NCBI GenBank assembly: GCA_963701965.1
Contig: OY969695.1
Coordinates: forward strand, 2,976,001 to 3,040,000
From: an uncultured Gemmatimonadales bacterium
GTDB taxonomy: Bacteria; Gemmatimonadota; Gemmatimonadetes; Gemmatimonadales; Gemmatimonadaceae
Direction of reading: 5' to 3'
Length of the DNA stretch: 64,000 nucleotides
The position numbers and the translations under genes are program-made. A model generated the notes under the pieces. That model saw only the letters and a program-made list of their open reading frames with translations, searched no databases and was not told the origin of the DNA. This document shows positions 42,438 to 52,811 of this stretch, in pieces. How positions within the stretch are numbered: the first letter of the stretch is position 1; each line of letters begins with the position of its first letter.

Positions 42438-44075
42438 TCGCAGCCCGTAACGGGGCGCGGGCTCGGGTTGCGGCCGAGCTTCACCAGCGAACACGCCAGG
42501 CCGTGGCGGGCCTCACGGTCGGTGACATCCAGCTCCACGGCGCGCACGTAGAAGCGACGCGCCAATTCGTAGTGCGCTGTCCGGTACTCGCGGTCGGCGA
42601 GTGCGCGCATGGCGCTGGCCGAGTTCTGCACCCGCTGCGTGCCGGCCACGCGCTGGCGCGCGAGGCCCACCGCCACCAGGACGATCGCCGCGGCCGCGAG
42701 CAGCAGCGCGATCGCGAAAGTGTGGCTCTTGGACTTTGGGCGTGAGGCCGGCGGCAACTTCGGCATTGGCTTCGCCGGCGCCTTTGCCGACGTCTTCGGC
42801 GTCGTGCTTGGCGTCGTGCTCGGCATCGCGCCCGGCATCGCGCCCGGCATCGCGTTCGGCATCGTGCTCGGCATCGCGCCCGGCCTCGCGTCCGGCGTCG
42901 CCGGCACGGCAGTCGCCCGTATCGCGGTCGTCGGCATGAGGGCCGGAGTCGTGCGCGGGGGCGCCGTTACCGTCGGCGCCGAAGGCGCCACGGGTGATAT
43001 TGGCGCGATGGCTCTGGTACGAACAGGCTCGGCCGCGGCGATGCCCGACGCGGCCGACCGGGCACGCGGCGCTGTGCCCTGCACCATGGCCCGCAGCAGC
43101 GCCTCACCCGCAATCCGCTCGGCGGGCGTCTGCCTGATGGCATCAATAGTCGCCAACAACTCGTCAGTCGTCGCGAACCGTTTGTCGGGTTCTTTCTCCA
43201 GCATGCGCAGCACGGCCACCGTGAGCGCCGCCGGCGTATCCGACCGCATGAGCGTCCAGTCGGGCACGGGCGTGAACCAGTGATGCTGGATGATCTCCGG
43301 CAGCGAGTCCCCTTCGAACGGCACACTGCCCGTCAGCATTCTGATACGCGACGACGCCGAGCGAGTACTGGTCCGACTGCGGGCCCACCGGCTTGCCGCC
43401 GCACTGCTCGGGACTCATGAAATGCGGAGTCCCGATCATGGCGCCGGTCGCGGTGAGCGTACCGGATTCGACCGCCCGCGCGATGCCGAAGTCCGACACG
43501 ACGACGCGCCCGTCGCGATCGATCAGGATGTTGGCGCCCTTGATGTCCCGATGGACGATGCCATGCTGATGGGCAAACGCCAGCGCCGCCGCCGCGGCGT
43601 GCATCACGATGAGCACCACGGACAGCGGCAGGGGCGCATAGGCCTCGACCACGGCATCGAGCGGCCGCCCGTCGATGTACTTCATGGCCATGTACATGAC
43701 GCCGCCCGTCTGCCCGACGCGATACACCGGGATGACATTCGGATGATCGAGCGACGCGGCCAACCGCGCCTCGCGCTTGAAGCGATCCGCGATCGTCCCC
43801 ACCGGCGCCAACTCCGGCGGCAACACCTTGAGCGCGATGACGCGGTCCAACTCGATCTCGCGCGCTTTGTAGACGACCGCCATGCCCCCGCGGCCCAGTT
43901 CGCGCTCGACCTCGTACTCGCTCCCGAGGGCCCGCTTGAGCATCGCCAGCGCGCGCTCGGGCTCCGTGGCGCCCATGTCGATCGTCCCGTCGCCGGCGCC
44001 CGTCACCGGCGTGCCGCAGGTGACGCAGAACTTCGAGTTGGCCGACGCGAGAGTGCCGCACTGGGGGCAGAACAT
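42434..44075 (-). CDS. Ser/Thr kinase with N-terminal zinc ribbon, TM and TPR-like tail; +1 frameshift near 43339
   Basis: MFCPQCG...FCVTCG; HRDIKGAN, DFGIAR, MSPEQ; removing one base restores AYQMLTGSVPF. Confidence 0.9.
42797..42892. repeat. 12-bp tandem repeat, about 8 imperfect copies, coding
   Basis: Unit cggc(a/g)tcg(c/t)gc(c/t); encodes (A/T)MP(G/S/N) repeats in the kinase linker. Confidence 0.85.
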
Positions 44076-44109
44076 GGCTACTGCTGTGACTGGGAAAACG
44101 CCCCTCAGG

Positions 44110-44787
44110 TCACGCCGGACCGAACTCCCGCGCCAACGTCCGCAGCACGGTGTCATCGAGTCGATGACCGCCGTCGAACTCCAGCATCGTAAAGGGCTTG
44201 TCCGCCTGGCGGAGGGCCGCCTCCTGGCGCGCCACCCGTTCCGCCGACCCGTACATGTCCCGTGTCCCCAGGACCATGACTAACTCCGACCGGCGGAGGG
44301 CGGTGTCGACGTCGAGCGGGACGTCGTCGGGGATCGCGCCGGCCCAGCAGATCGTCCGATCGACCCGGAGCTGGGTCCGCGACAGCCAGCGGGTGACCGT
44401 CGCGACGCCCTGGGAGAACCCCAGCACGGTCACGCGGACCGCGTCGCGCGCGACTTCGCGGAAGATCGCGCGATAGACCGCATCGAGGTACGTGACCTGA
44501 TCGGCGATCTCGCTCGTCCGGTCCTCTTTCGTCATCCACGTCGCGCCGACGCCGGACGTGCCCGACGCGCCGGGCGTCGGGTCGAGGTAGTACCGGTTCA
44601 GGGCCTCGGGAGCGATGACGAGATGAACGCCGTCGTCCGCTGGGGCGAATTGGGCGAGAAACTCGCCCGCCAGTTGGCCGTAGCCGTGGCACACGATCCA
44701 GACGGCGCGGATGCCGTTGCCGTTGCCCAGGGTGTAGTACCGCGCCGTTCGCGGCACGGTGAGATGGTGTTCATGCGGTGCCGTCAT
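44110..44787 (-). CDS. Phospholipase/carboxylesterase (alpha/beta hydrolase)
   Basis: CHGYGQ, LGFSQG, D, FDGGH. Confidence 0.88.
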   Translation of the reverse strand: MTAPHEHHLTVPRTARYYTLGNGNGIRAVWIVCHGYGQLAGEFLAQFAPADDGVHLVIAPEALNRYYLDPTPGASGTSGVGATWMTKEDRTSEIADQVTYLDAVYRAIFREVARDAVRVTVLGFSQGVATVTRWLSRTQLRVDRTICWAGAIPDDVPLDVDTALRRSELVMVLGTRDMYGSAERVARQEAALRQADKPFTMLEFDGGHRLDDTVLRTLAREFGPA

Positions 44788-45524
44788 TGCGCGTGGGCGT
44801 CTCGTTCGGCCGGCGCCACGAAGTTGAACCCCCGCAGGACGAGCGCGCCGTGCCGTCCGCGGTTCGGATCGAGTGTGTAGGTCGTGACGGAGCCGTTGGC
44901 CACATCTTCCCCTTTGTCCAGCGCCAGAAGCTCCGCTTCGGTCAGGTGCTCCAGGATATAACGGAAGCAGAGCACGACCACGGAATGGGCGACGATCAGG
45001 ACGCGTTCGCCCGCGTACTCCCGCGTCATCGAGTCCACGAGCGTGCGCAGCCGCAGGATCACATTGGCCCAGCTCTCGCCGCCAGGGGGGCGGTGATAGA
45101 TCTTGCCCAGAAACCGGCGGAGTGACGCTTGTTCTGGTTGGCGCGCGAGGATCCCGTCGCCGGTCAGCCCGTCGAGGATGCCGAACTCCTTCTCCCGCAG
45201 GCGTTCATCCGTGTACACGGGGATGTGGTCGAAGCCGGCCGCCTCGATGAGAATGTGGGCGGTGCGGAACGCCCGTTCGTAGGGCGACGTCAGGATGATG
45301 CTCGGCTGCTCGTGCGGGGGTTTGGCGGCGAACCAGCGGCCGAGGGCCGCCGATTGCATCTCCCCGCGTGGCGAGAGCGGGATGTCGACGTCGCGGATCC
45401 GGATGCCGATCGACTGGCGACCTTCGGCCAGCGCTGCATCACGGGCGACGTTCCCGGCGCTCTCGCCGTGCCGGACCACCCATAGCGTCGAGGGCCAGAG
45501 GTCGCTCGGGAGGGAAGGGCTCAC
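44784..45524 (-). CDS. Histidine phosphatase family protein
   Basis: VRHGES.GN, SPY.RA, LREKEFG, PGGES, VAHS; GTG start overlapping the lspA stop. Confidence 0.9.
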   Translation of the reverse strand: MSPSLPSDLWPSTLWVVRHGESAGNVARDAALAEGRQSIGIRIRDVDIPLSPRGEMQSAALGRWFAAKPPHEQPSIILTSPYERAFRTAHILIEAAGFDHIPVYTDERLREKEFGILDGLTGDGILARQPEQASLRRFLGKIYHRPPGGESWANVILRLRTLVDSMTREYAGERVLIVAHSVVVLCFRYILEHLTEAELLALDKGEDVANGSVTTYTLDPNRGRHGALVLRGFNFVAPAERDAHAQ

Positions 45525-46099
45525 TGCCGAAGCATAACCCGCCGTTCGGCGAGGATCACTCGCACCACCGTGATGGCGGCGCGGACGGTCAGCACGACGC
45601 CGAGCGCGGCGGCGACGTCGGCAAAATTGAAGACCAGCAGATGCCCACCCCCGTGCTCGATCGCCATGAAATCGACGACCCCGCGCGGCGTCGTGATCAG
45701 GCTGAACAAATTCCCGGTGGCGGCGCCGGCGATGAGACCGAGCATGACCGGTGACCATCGGTCGATCACGGCCAGCGGCTTACAGAGTGAGAACGCCAGC
45801 AGGAGCGCGATCAGCGTCAGCGCGCAGTTGATCTCCCACGTGTACGGCCCCACCGATATCCCAAACGCCGATTGATCGTTGTGGGCCAACACCAGCCGCA
45901 TGGCGCCGGGAATGATGGGCACATTGCCCCAGGCCGTGAGCAGTCGCGACGCGACGGCTTTCGAGACGAGGTCGAGCGCGACGACCACCGCGAACCAGAT
46001 CGCGAACGTGCGGCGCGGGTGTTTGGGGACCGGATGGGGCGACGGGACGATAGGCGCCGAAGCGGTGATCCGGCGCTGCCAGAGGGGGGTCGTGCGCAC
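45521..46099 (-). CDS. lspA: Signal peptidase II
   Basis: ALDLVSK, GAATGNL, GVVDFM, VFNFADVA. Confidence 0.8.
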   Translation of the reverse strand: MRTTPLWQRRITASAPIVPSPHPVPKHPRRTFAIWFAVVVALDLVSKAVASRLLTAWGNVPIIPGAMRLVLAHNDQSAFGISVGPYTWEINCALTLIALLLAFSLCKPLAVIDRWSPVMLGLIAGAATGNLFSLITTPRGVVDFMAIEHGGGHLLVFNFADVAAALGVVLTVRAAITVVRVILAERRVMLRQ

Positions 46100-46200
46100 G
46101 GACCTCCCTCTCGCACGGCTCGTACCGTCGCGATCGATCTGCTAAGGCAATACCGGACCAAGGGTTAACGCCGCCGTCCCGGCCCAGTCGTGTTGCGGCT

Positions 46201-46920
46201 TTACGACACTTTTGCCACGTTGCAGGCTCATGTACTGGCGCGCGACGGCGTCGCTGGCTGCTCGGTGGCGCGGTGTGGGCCGGCGTTACCGGCTCGGCGT
46301 TCATCGGGAGTGGCATGCTACCCCAAACCCTGCCGATGCTGATCGGGCTGCCCGGAATGCTGGCGTTTCTAGGCGTCCGACTCGGGCGGTCGCTCCGGCA
46401 ATCGAGCGCGTTCGAGCAGGCGGAGATCCCGTACGAATCCGGAGGTGGCAAGTACCCGCCCCGGGTTGGCTTCGCTCGTGCCGACGGTGGCGATGGGTGG
46501 CGCATCCACATTGAGTCGATCGTGTCCAAGGGCCACGTGAGTGAGATCATTGGCAGTGCGGCGTACCGCGCGGCGGGAAGCATGTTGCCGGTCGCCAACG
46601 TGTTCGGAGCATCGCGTTCGGCGGTCGCGGACGCGGTGAGATTGCTTGAAGTGAACGTCGATCCGCAGGCGCACTTCGCGAAGACCGTCGACCGTCTGTG
46701 CCGGGCAGGGTACGCGTATGCCAGCATGGAGGCCATTCCGCCCGCAATGCGCTCGAGTCTGGAGATCGCCGCCCATGAAGAAAGTGAGCGCCGGGCGCTG
46801 GAGGGCGAGCTCGCCGCGTTGGAGGCACAGTGGCGCCTGGCCGAGGAAATCGCCGGGATCGCCGACAACTTGTTGCTGCCGCCATCAGTCGGTCGCTTTA
46901 TCGAAAAACATCGACCCTGA
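46201..46920 (+). pseudogene. Probable 5'-truncated remnant of a hypothetical membrane protein
   Basis: The frame stays open upstream of GTG 46273 (…ARRRRWLLGGAVWAG) with no convincing start; coherent C-terminal coiled motif LEIAAHEESERRALEGELAALE..W..AEEIA.IAD; atypical codon usage. Confidence 0.45.
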
Positions 46921-46961
46921 GCCGTTGCCGGGCGCCGGGTTGGTCGGCTACTCATTGCCGG

Positions 46962-47492
46962 ATGGCATTGTCTCTGAGAGTCCCGCGCGTGCAGCCGTTC
47001 GAAATTCGGAAGTCCTCCATCCAGGGGCGCGGCGGTTTCGCGACCCGGCGTATTCGAAAGGGAGCGCGGGTTGCCGAGTACTTGGGCGAGCGAATCTCGC
47101 ACGACGAGGGCGACCGGCGGTACGACGACGACACGATGCAACGCCATCACACGTTTCTCTTCGTCGTCAACAACAAGATCGTGATCGATGCCGGAGTGGA
47201 CGGGAACGACGCCCGCTATATCAACCACTCCTGCGACCCCAACTGTGAGGCGGTCATCGAAGACAAGCGCGTCTTCATCGACGCCCTCAGGACCATCGAG
47301 CCCGGGGAAGAGCTGTTCTACGACTACGCGTACGAGCGCGACGACGCCACGCTCAAGGGCTCGGCCGCCGACGCCCAGTACCCGTGCCGCTGCGGTGCCG
47401 CCAACTGCCGAGGGACCATCCTGGCCCCCGAAAAGAAGAAGCGGAAGCCCAAGAAGAAGGCGGCCAAGCGCCCCGCGAAGACGCGGCGTTAG
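46962..47492 (+). CDS. SET domain lysine methyltransferase with post-SET motif
   Basis: SIQGRGGFA, ARYINHSCDPNC, GEELFYDY, CRCGAANCRG; Lys-rich tail. Confidence 0.92.
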   Translation: MALSLRVPRVQPFEIRKSSIQGRGGFATRRIRKGARVAEYLGERISHDEGDRRYDDDTMQRHHTFLFVVNNKIVIDAGVDGNDARYINHSCDPNCEAVIEDKRVFIDALRTIEPGEELFYDYAYERDDATLKGSAADAQYPCRCGAANCRGTILAPEKKKRKPKKKAAKRPAKTRR

Positions 47493-47502
47493 ATTTTCCC
47501 GC

Positions 47503-49603
47503 ATGAACAAACGGCTCCTCATTCTGGCGGGGATTGTCGCCGGTTGTACGCATGCGCCGGCCACCCCGAGCCCATCTCCGGCCACGGTCGCCGTGGCGCC
47601 CAAGGACACCACGCGCGCCGACACGACCGCCCAGGCCAACGCCCAGCGCGTCCGCACGCCGCGCCTGCGGGCGCCGATCACCATGCAGTCGGACCCGTTC
47701 TTCCCGATGAGCCGGGCCGATTGGCCCGGCCCGAACAGCTATCGGGAGGCGTCGGGATCCCCGGGCCCCGACTACTGGCAACAGCGCGCCGACTACTCGA
47801 TCAAGGCGACCCTCGACACGACCAAGCAGAGCGTGACGGGTGACGTCACCGTCACCTACACGAACAACTCGCCGGACACGCTGCGCTTCGTGTGGATGCA
47901 GGCCGACCAGAACATCTACAAGGGCGAAAGCGAGGGCAACGCGCTCTATCCGGCCGACACCCGCACATTGGCCGGCGCGTTCGAAGGCGGCTACACGTTC
48001 AGCGCCGTGGCCGTCAACGGCGCATCCGTCAAGCCGCACATCGACGACACGATGATGCGCCTCGACCTCCCGGCGCCCCTCGCGCCGCGCGGCGGCAAGG
48101 CCACCATCACCATCGCCTACGCCTTCCGCGTGCCCGAGCACGGGTCGGATCGGATGGGCCGCGACGGAACGCTCTACGAGATCGCCCAGTGGTATCCCCG
48201 CATGGCCGTCTACGATGACGTGCGCGGCTGGAACGTGGATCAATACTTGGGGCAGGGCGAGTTTTACCTGGAGTACGGCGACATCGACTACACGGTCACC
48301 GTGCCGGCCGGCTATACGGTCGCCGGCAGCGGCGTCCTGGAAAACCCGGGCGACGTGCTCAGCGCCGCGATCCGCCAGCGCCTCGCCCGCGCGATCACGT
48401 CGCGCGACGTCGTCCAGATCATTCCTGGCAAGGAAGCCGTCGCCAAGCCGACGCCGGGTACCAAGACCTGGCGCTTCCGCGCCCGCAATGTCCGCGATGT
48501 CGCCTGGGCGGCGGCGCCGGATTTCCGGTGGGACGCGACGAGTGTGCGCGGCGTGCTCTGCCAGGCGTACTACCAGATCGCCAAGGCCGGCGCCGAGTGG
48601 GAGCAAGCGGCGGAGAACACGCAATGGACCATCGGCACGTACTCCGAGCTCCTGTCGCCGTATCCGTATCCCCAGGCCACCGCGGTGGCCGGACCCGTCG
48701 GCGGCATGGAGTACCCGATGTTCGTGATGGACGGCTACACGAACCCCGAGCTCCCGGGTGACGTGTTCCGGACCAATGACCACGAGCATGGCCACGAGTG
48801 GTTCCCGATGATCGTCGGATCGAACGAGCGACGCTACGCGTGGATGGACGAGGGGATCAACACCTACATCAATGCGTTCTCGCAGGAGCGCCGGTACGGC
48901 ACGGATCTGAGCAAGTGGCCGAACGGCATGAGCAACTATCTGACCCTCCTCGGCGACTGGTACAACGCGAACCGGGTCGGCGCGGATGCGCCGCTCATGG
49001 AGCGCCCGGATCATTTCGCGGATCAGCAAGTGATGGCCGTCGAAGCGTATGAGAAGCCCGCCGCAGTGCTCCTGACGCTGCGGAACCATGTCGTTGGTCC
49101 TGAATCGATGGATCGGGCCATGCGGGAGTACGTGCACCGGTGGTCGTTCAAACATCCCACCCCGGGTGACTTTTTCCGGACGGTGGAGAACGTCGCCGGG
49201 AAAGACCTGTCGTGGTTCTGGCGCGGGTTCTTCTACTCGACCGACGTCCTGGACATCGGCATCGACAGCGTGACCACGCACCCGGGTGCGGACGGACGGC
49301 CCATCGCCTCCATCGAGCTCGAACGCCACACGTCGATCGTCTTTCCTGTCGAGTTGCGCTTGGCGCTGGCCGATGGCTCGGTCAAAGACGTGAGCCTGCC
49401 GGTAGACATTCTGGTCGCGCGGCATGCATTTCACCGCCGAGATCCCCGTGTCCGCCGACGTGCGGGGCGCCCGGCTGTGGCCGGACCGGTCGTCGATCCC
49501 CGACATGAATCCCCGCAACGACACCTGGGGCACGCCGCCCGCGGGCGACAAGCCGCACGCGGCGACCACCGGAGGTCTGGCGCCCCAGTTCACGGCGCGC
49601 TGA
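47503..49603 (+). CDS. M1 family metalloaminopeptidase (lipoprotein) with a +1 frameshift near 49409
   Basis: VAGC lipobox; YWQQRADY, GGMEYPM, HEHGHEW, WMDEG; removing one base gives PVDIWSRG...PQFTAR* ending at 49603. Confidence 0.9.
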
Positions 49604-49614
49604 TATTTCCCGCT

Positions 49615-49785
49615 ATGACTGAATCACCGAAGTACGTGCCGTTCAAGAAGCAGGGCTGGGGCTTTGCCTCCTTCATTGTCATCCTGGCGCTGGCGATCAC
49701 GTACGGCACCTATCTGATTCACAAAGCGACCTATCGGTCGCCGCGCGATCCCACGACGCTGGGCGCCATCAATCACAACCCCTAG
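49615..49785 (+). CDS. Small single-TM protein, 56 aa
   Basis: MTESPKYVPFKKQGWGFASFIVILALAITYGTYLIHKATYRSPRDP...; GATATT lies 7 nt upstream. Confidence 0.65.
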   Translation: MTESPKYVPFKKQGWGFASFIVILALAITYGTYLIHKATYRSPRDPTTLGAINHNP

Positions 49786-49806
49786 GCGCCCTAGGCGCCC
49801 TAGGCG
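49780..49806. repeat. 9-bp tandem repeat, three copies
   Basis: (ccctaggcg)3 spanning the stop codon. Confidence 0.85.
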
Positions 49807-49869
49807 TTGCCGCCCGGCGCAGCCGAGCGCTGTCCAACCGACCCGAACTCTGGCAACGCGAAGCGTTGC

Positions 49870-51513
49870 CTAGAGTTCGAACCAGAAAGTTGTTTTGACC
49901 CCGGGTTCCGACTCGAAGCCGATCTCGCCGCCGTGCTGCTCGACGATCGCCTTGGCGATCACGAGCCCCAGGCCCGTGCCGCCCCGCTGTCGGTTATCCG
50001 CGCCGTCGAGCTGCTGAAAGCGCCGGAATAGGCGCTCCCGGTCTGCCGGCTCGATTCCGGGCCCCGGGTTCTCGATGGCGAACCGCACGCCCCTCGCCCC
50101 ATCGAGCGTCCGGATACAGACCACGGACCCCGTGGGCGAGAACTTGATCGCGTTCGAGATCAAGTTGAGCAACACCTGCACGATGCGGTCATGGTCGGCC
50201 CGCACGGACCGCGTGCTGCCCACCACCTGCTCCAGCCGGATGCCGTAGACGTCCGCCGTCCCGGCGATCCCGCTCACCGCGGCCCGCACGATCTCGGCCG
50301 GCGCGCACGTCGTCAACGCGAGCGTCATCCGACCCGCTTCGATCTTGTCGAGATCGAGCATGTCGTTGATGAGACGGATCAACCGTTCGCAATTCTCGCG
50401 GGCGACTCGCACGAGCTCGCGCCCGCGCGGACCCAGCTCGCCGCTCACGCCCGCGTCCAAGAGACCGAGCGCGCCGCGTATCGACGTCAACGGTGTGCGC
50501 AGCTCATGCGACACTGTCGAGACGAACTCGTTCTTGAGCCGGTCGAGCGCTTTCCAGGCGCTGATGTCGCGCATGATGGTCGACAGAAACCACACGCCGC
50601 CTTGCGCCGACTGATGGGCCACGATCGCCTGCGAGACCGGCACGTCCTTGCCGTCCGCGCCGCGCACGGTCGTCTCGCCCGTCCACGACCCATCGCGGAT
50701 GGCACCCGGCAGCGCGACCTCCCACATGTGCCGCCGGGCCTCGGCTGAATGCAACGTCTCGACCGACAGCTCGGCGATCCCGGCGCCGTCGGAGATGCCG
50801 ACGAGCCGCCGTCCGGCGCGATTGAGATAGACGGTGTGCCCGGCCATCGTGTAGATCGCGACCAGATCAGCCGTCGCTTCCAGCGTCGCCACGAGTCGCC
50901 GCTGGGCCTCCTCGGCCCGCCGCTGTTCCGTCACATCCCGAAAGCCGCCATGCGTGGCCACCGCTTTCCCGTGCTCGAAGCGCGGCGTCACATAGCCCGA
51001 CACCACCAACCGGCGCCCACTCTTCGTCACGAACACGGTATCGACGACGCTCATGCGCTCGCCGCCCAGGGCCCGCTCGACGACCCGCCGAAACGCGTCC
51101 CGGTGCTCGGTGACCACGACATCATCGATCCGCAGATTGGCGACTTCCCCGGGCGAGAATCCCAACGCATCGCGCCACGTCCGGTTGACGTAGAGCAAGC
51201 GGCCGTCCGGCGCGGCGGTATGGATCAAGTCACTCGACGAATCGAGCACGTCACCCAAACGCTCTTCGCTCTCGCGGCGGGTCTGCTCGCTGCGCGCGTA
51301 GCGGATGGCGCGCTCCAGACCCCAGGTGTCGAGATGGGCCTTCTCCAGCGCGTCGTCCATGAGCAGCAAGTCCGGCCCGCGCCCCTCCAAGCGCATATCA
51401 TAGACGCCATCGGCCAGGGCCGCGTTCCGCACCCAGTCCACCTGGTGCGCCGGAAGCATCGCGCGGATCTTCCGCGCGTCGCTCTCGTCTTCCTCGATCA
51501 GCAGGATGCGCAT
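49870..51513 (-). CDS. PAS-PAS histidine kinase with a truncated receiver-like N-terminus
   Basis: MRILLIEED start; two PAS domains; VSHELRTPL, NLISNAIKF, GGTGLGL. Confidence 0.9.
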   Translation of the reverse strand: MRILLIEEDESDARKIRAMLPAHQVDWVRNAALADGVYDMRLEGRGPDLLLMDDALEKAHLDTWGLERAIRYARSEQTRRESEERLGDVLDSSSDLIHTAAPDGRLLYVNRTWRDALGFSPGEVANLRIDDVVVTEHRDAFRRVVERALGGERMSVVDTVFVTKSGRRLVVSGYVTPRFEHGKAVATHGGFRDVTEQRRAEEAQRRLVATLEATADLVAIYTMAGHTVYLNRAGRRLVGISDGAGIAELSVETLHSAEARRHMWEVALPGAIRDGSWTGETTVRGADGKDVPVSQAIVAHQSAQGGVWFLSTIMRDISAWKALDRLKNEFVSTVSHELRTPLTSIRGALGLLDAGVSGELGPRGRELVRVARENCERLIRLINDMLDLDKIEAGRMTLALTTCAPAEIVRAAVSGIAGTADVYGIRLEQVVGSTRSVRADHDRIVQVLLNLISNAIKFSPTGSVVCIRTLDGARGVRFAIENPGPGIEPADRERLFRRFQQLDGADNRQRGGTGLGLVIAKAIVEQHGGEIGFESEPGVKTTFWFEL

Positions 51514-51514
51514 A

Positions 51515-52747
51515 TCAGGCGGCGCCCGTGGCGGCCCGCAGGGCGTCGAGCGCTTGCACCACGTGGACGAGATCGCCCGGCTCGGCGGCGGCCGAGGACT
51601 CGCACGGTTCCGCCGCCGCGGCGGCCGCTTCGGCGAGCATGAGGATCTCGTTGAGCGCGTGTTCCTCGGCGATGGCCACGGCGCGCGCGTAGGCGGCGCG
51701 GGCCGCCGCGGTGTCGCCAAATCGCCGCTCGCCGTCACCCGCCAGCACGTGCAACCGGGCTTCCAGCGCCGGCAGGAGCGGCGCGACTATGAGCTCATCG
51801 CGATAGCGCTCGAATGCCGCGCGATCGCGCGCCCGCGAGGCGTCGTCCATGAGACTCAAGGCCGCCGACCACTGGACATCGGGCGTCGCCGACGTGCAAT
51901 AGAGCACCTGGAGCCCATCGCGCGCGGCGTCGCGCAGCCCGCGCGCGGCGAGCGTGGTGGCGAGATCGACGAGCGCGCGATCGCGGGACGCGGGTTCGGT
52001 GTACCGCCGAAACGCGTCAAAGAAATGCTGCGCCGCGCGGTCGAGATGCGGCGCGTGCACCTTGCCGCCGGGATGGGCCGTTGCCCGGTGGTAGAACACG
52101 TCGCCCAAACCATGCGTGGCCGCGGCCAACAGGTCGCCGAGCCCCGCCGTCAGCGCCTCGGCCCGCGCCGCCTCCAGCATCGTCTCGGCCGCGGGCAAAT
52201 TCCCGCGGTGCAGTGCCGCGGCCGCCTCGGCAATGCGGCCCAGCACGGCCCGACGCAGGGCGTCGCAGGGTCCCGGCGTTTCGGCGAGTCCTGCGACGCG
52301 GAGCGTCGCCAAGACCATGCGCTGACACGCTTCCACCCTCAGGCAGACATCGCCCCGGATCACCGCGTCGTCCGGCCCCGCATGCTCGGTGAACGTGAGA
52401 TAGGCGTCGATCGCCAGCGGCCATTCCGCCGCCGCGTGCAGCGCCCGGCCGTAGGCGGCGACGGACGCCAGCGGTGATGTCCCGGTCGGCTCGGCCATGG
52501 CGTACCATAGGGCGTGCAGGGGATCGAACAGCGGGCAATTACGCTCGATGCGCCGGACCGCGTTCCCGACAGCGTGCAGGCCGTCGGCCGGCAGCGCGCG
52601 CCCCTCGGCCCGGCACTGCACCCAACGGTCGAAGAGCCTCAATGTCACCAACCCAGCAGACGTCGTCCGCCACGCCACACTGGTTGGGTCCAGGGTAGCG
52701 AGCGCCTCGAAGTACGCGGCGTGGCGAAGTCCCCGTCGCTCCATCAT
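51515..52747 (-). CDS. TPR-like helical repeat protein
   Basis: Ala-rich helical repeats (YGRALH, HGLGDVF, ARAAYARAVAIAEEH). Confidence 0.7.
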   Translation of the reverse strand: MMERRGLRHAAYFEALATLDPTSVAWRTTSAGLVTLRLFDRWVQCRAEGRALPADGLHAVGNAVRRIERNCPLFDPLHALWYAMAEPTGTSPLASVAAYGRALHAAAEWPLAIDAYLTFTEHAGPDDAVIRGDVCLRVEACQRMVLATLRVAGLAETPGPCDALRRAVLGRIAEAAAALHRGNLPAAETMLEAARAEALTAGLGDLLAAATHGLGDVFYHRATAHPGGKVHAPHLDRAAQHFFDAFRRYTEPASRDRALVDLATTLAARGLRDAARDGLQVLYCTSATPDVQWSAALSLMDDASRARDRAAFERYRDELIVAPLLPALEARLHVLAGDGERRFGDTAAARAAYARAVAIAEEHALNEILMLAEAAAAAAEPCESSAAAEPGDLVHVVQALDALRAATGAA

Positions 52748-52811
52748 GTGTCGCGGATAATACTTGACGCGCGCGGGCTGGTCGAGCAGGTTCGCCCTGG
52801 GAGGAGGGGTC

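Noticed and set aside
42797..49806. CRISPR array at the tandem repeats
   Set aside because: Units are 9-12 bp with no unique spacers and no cas genes
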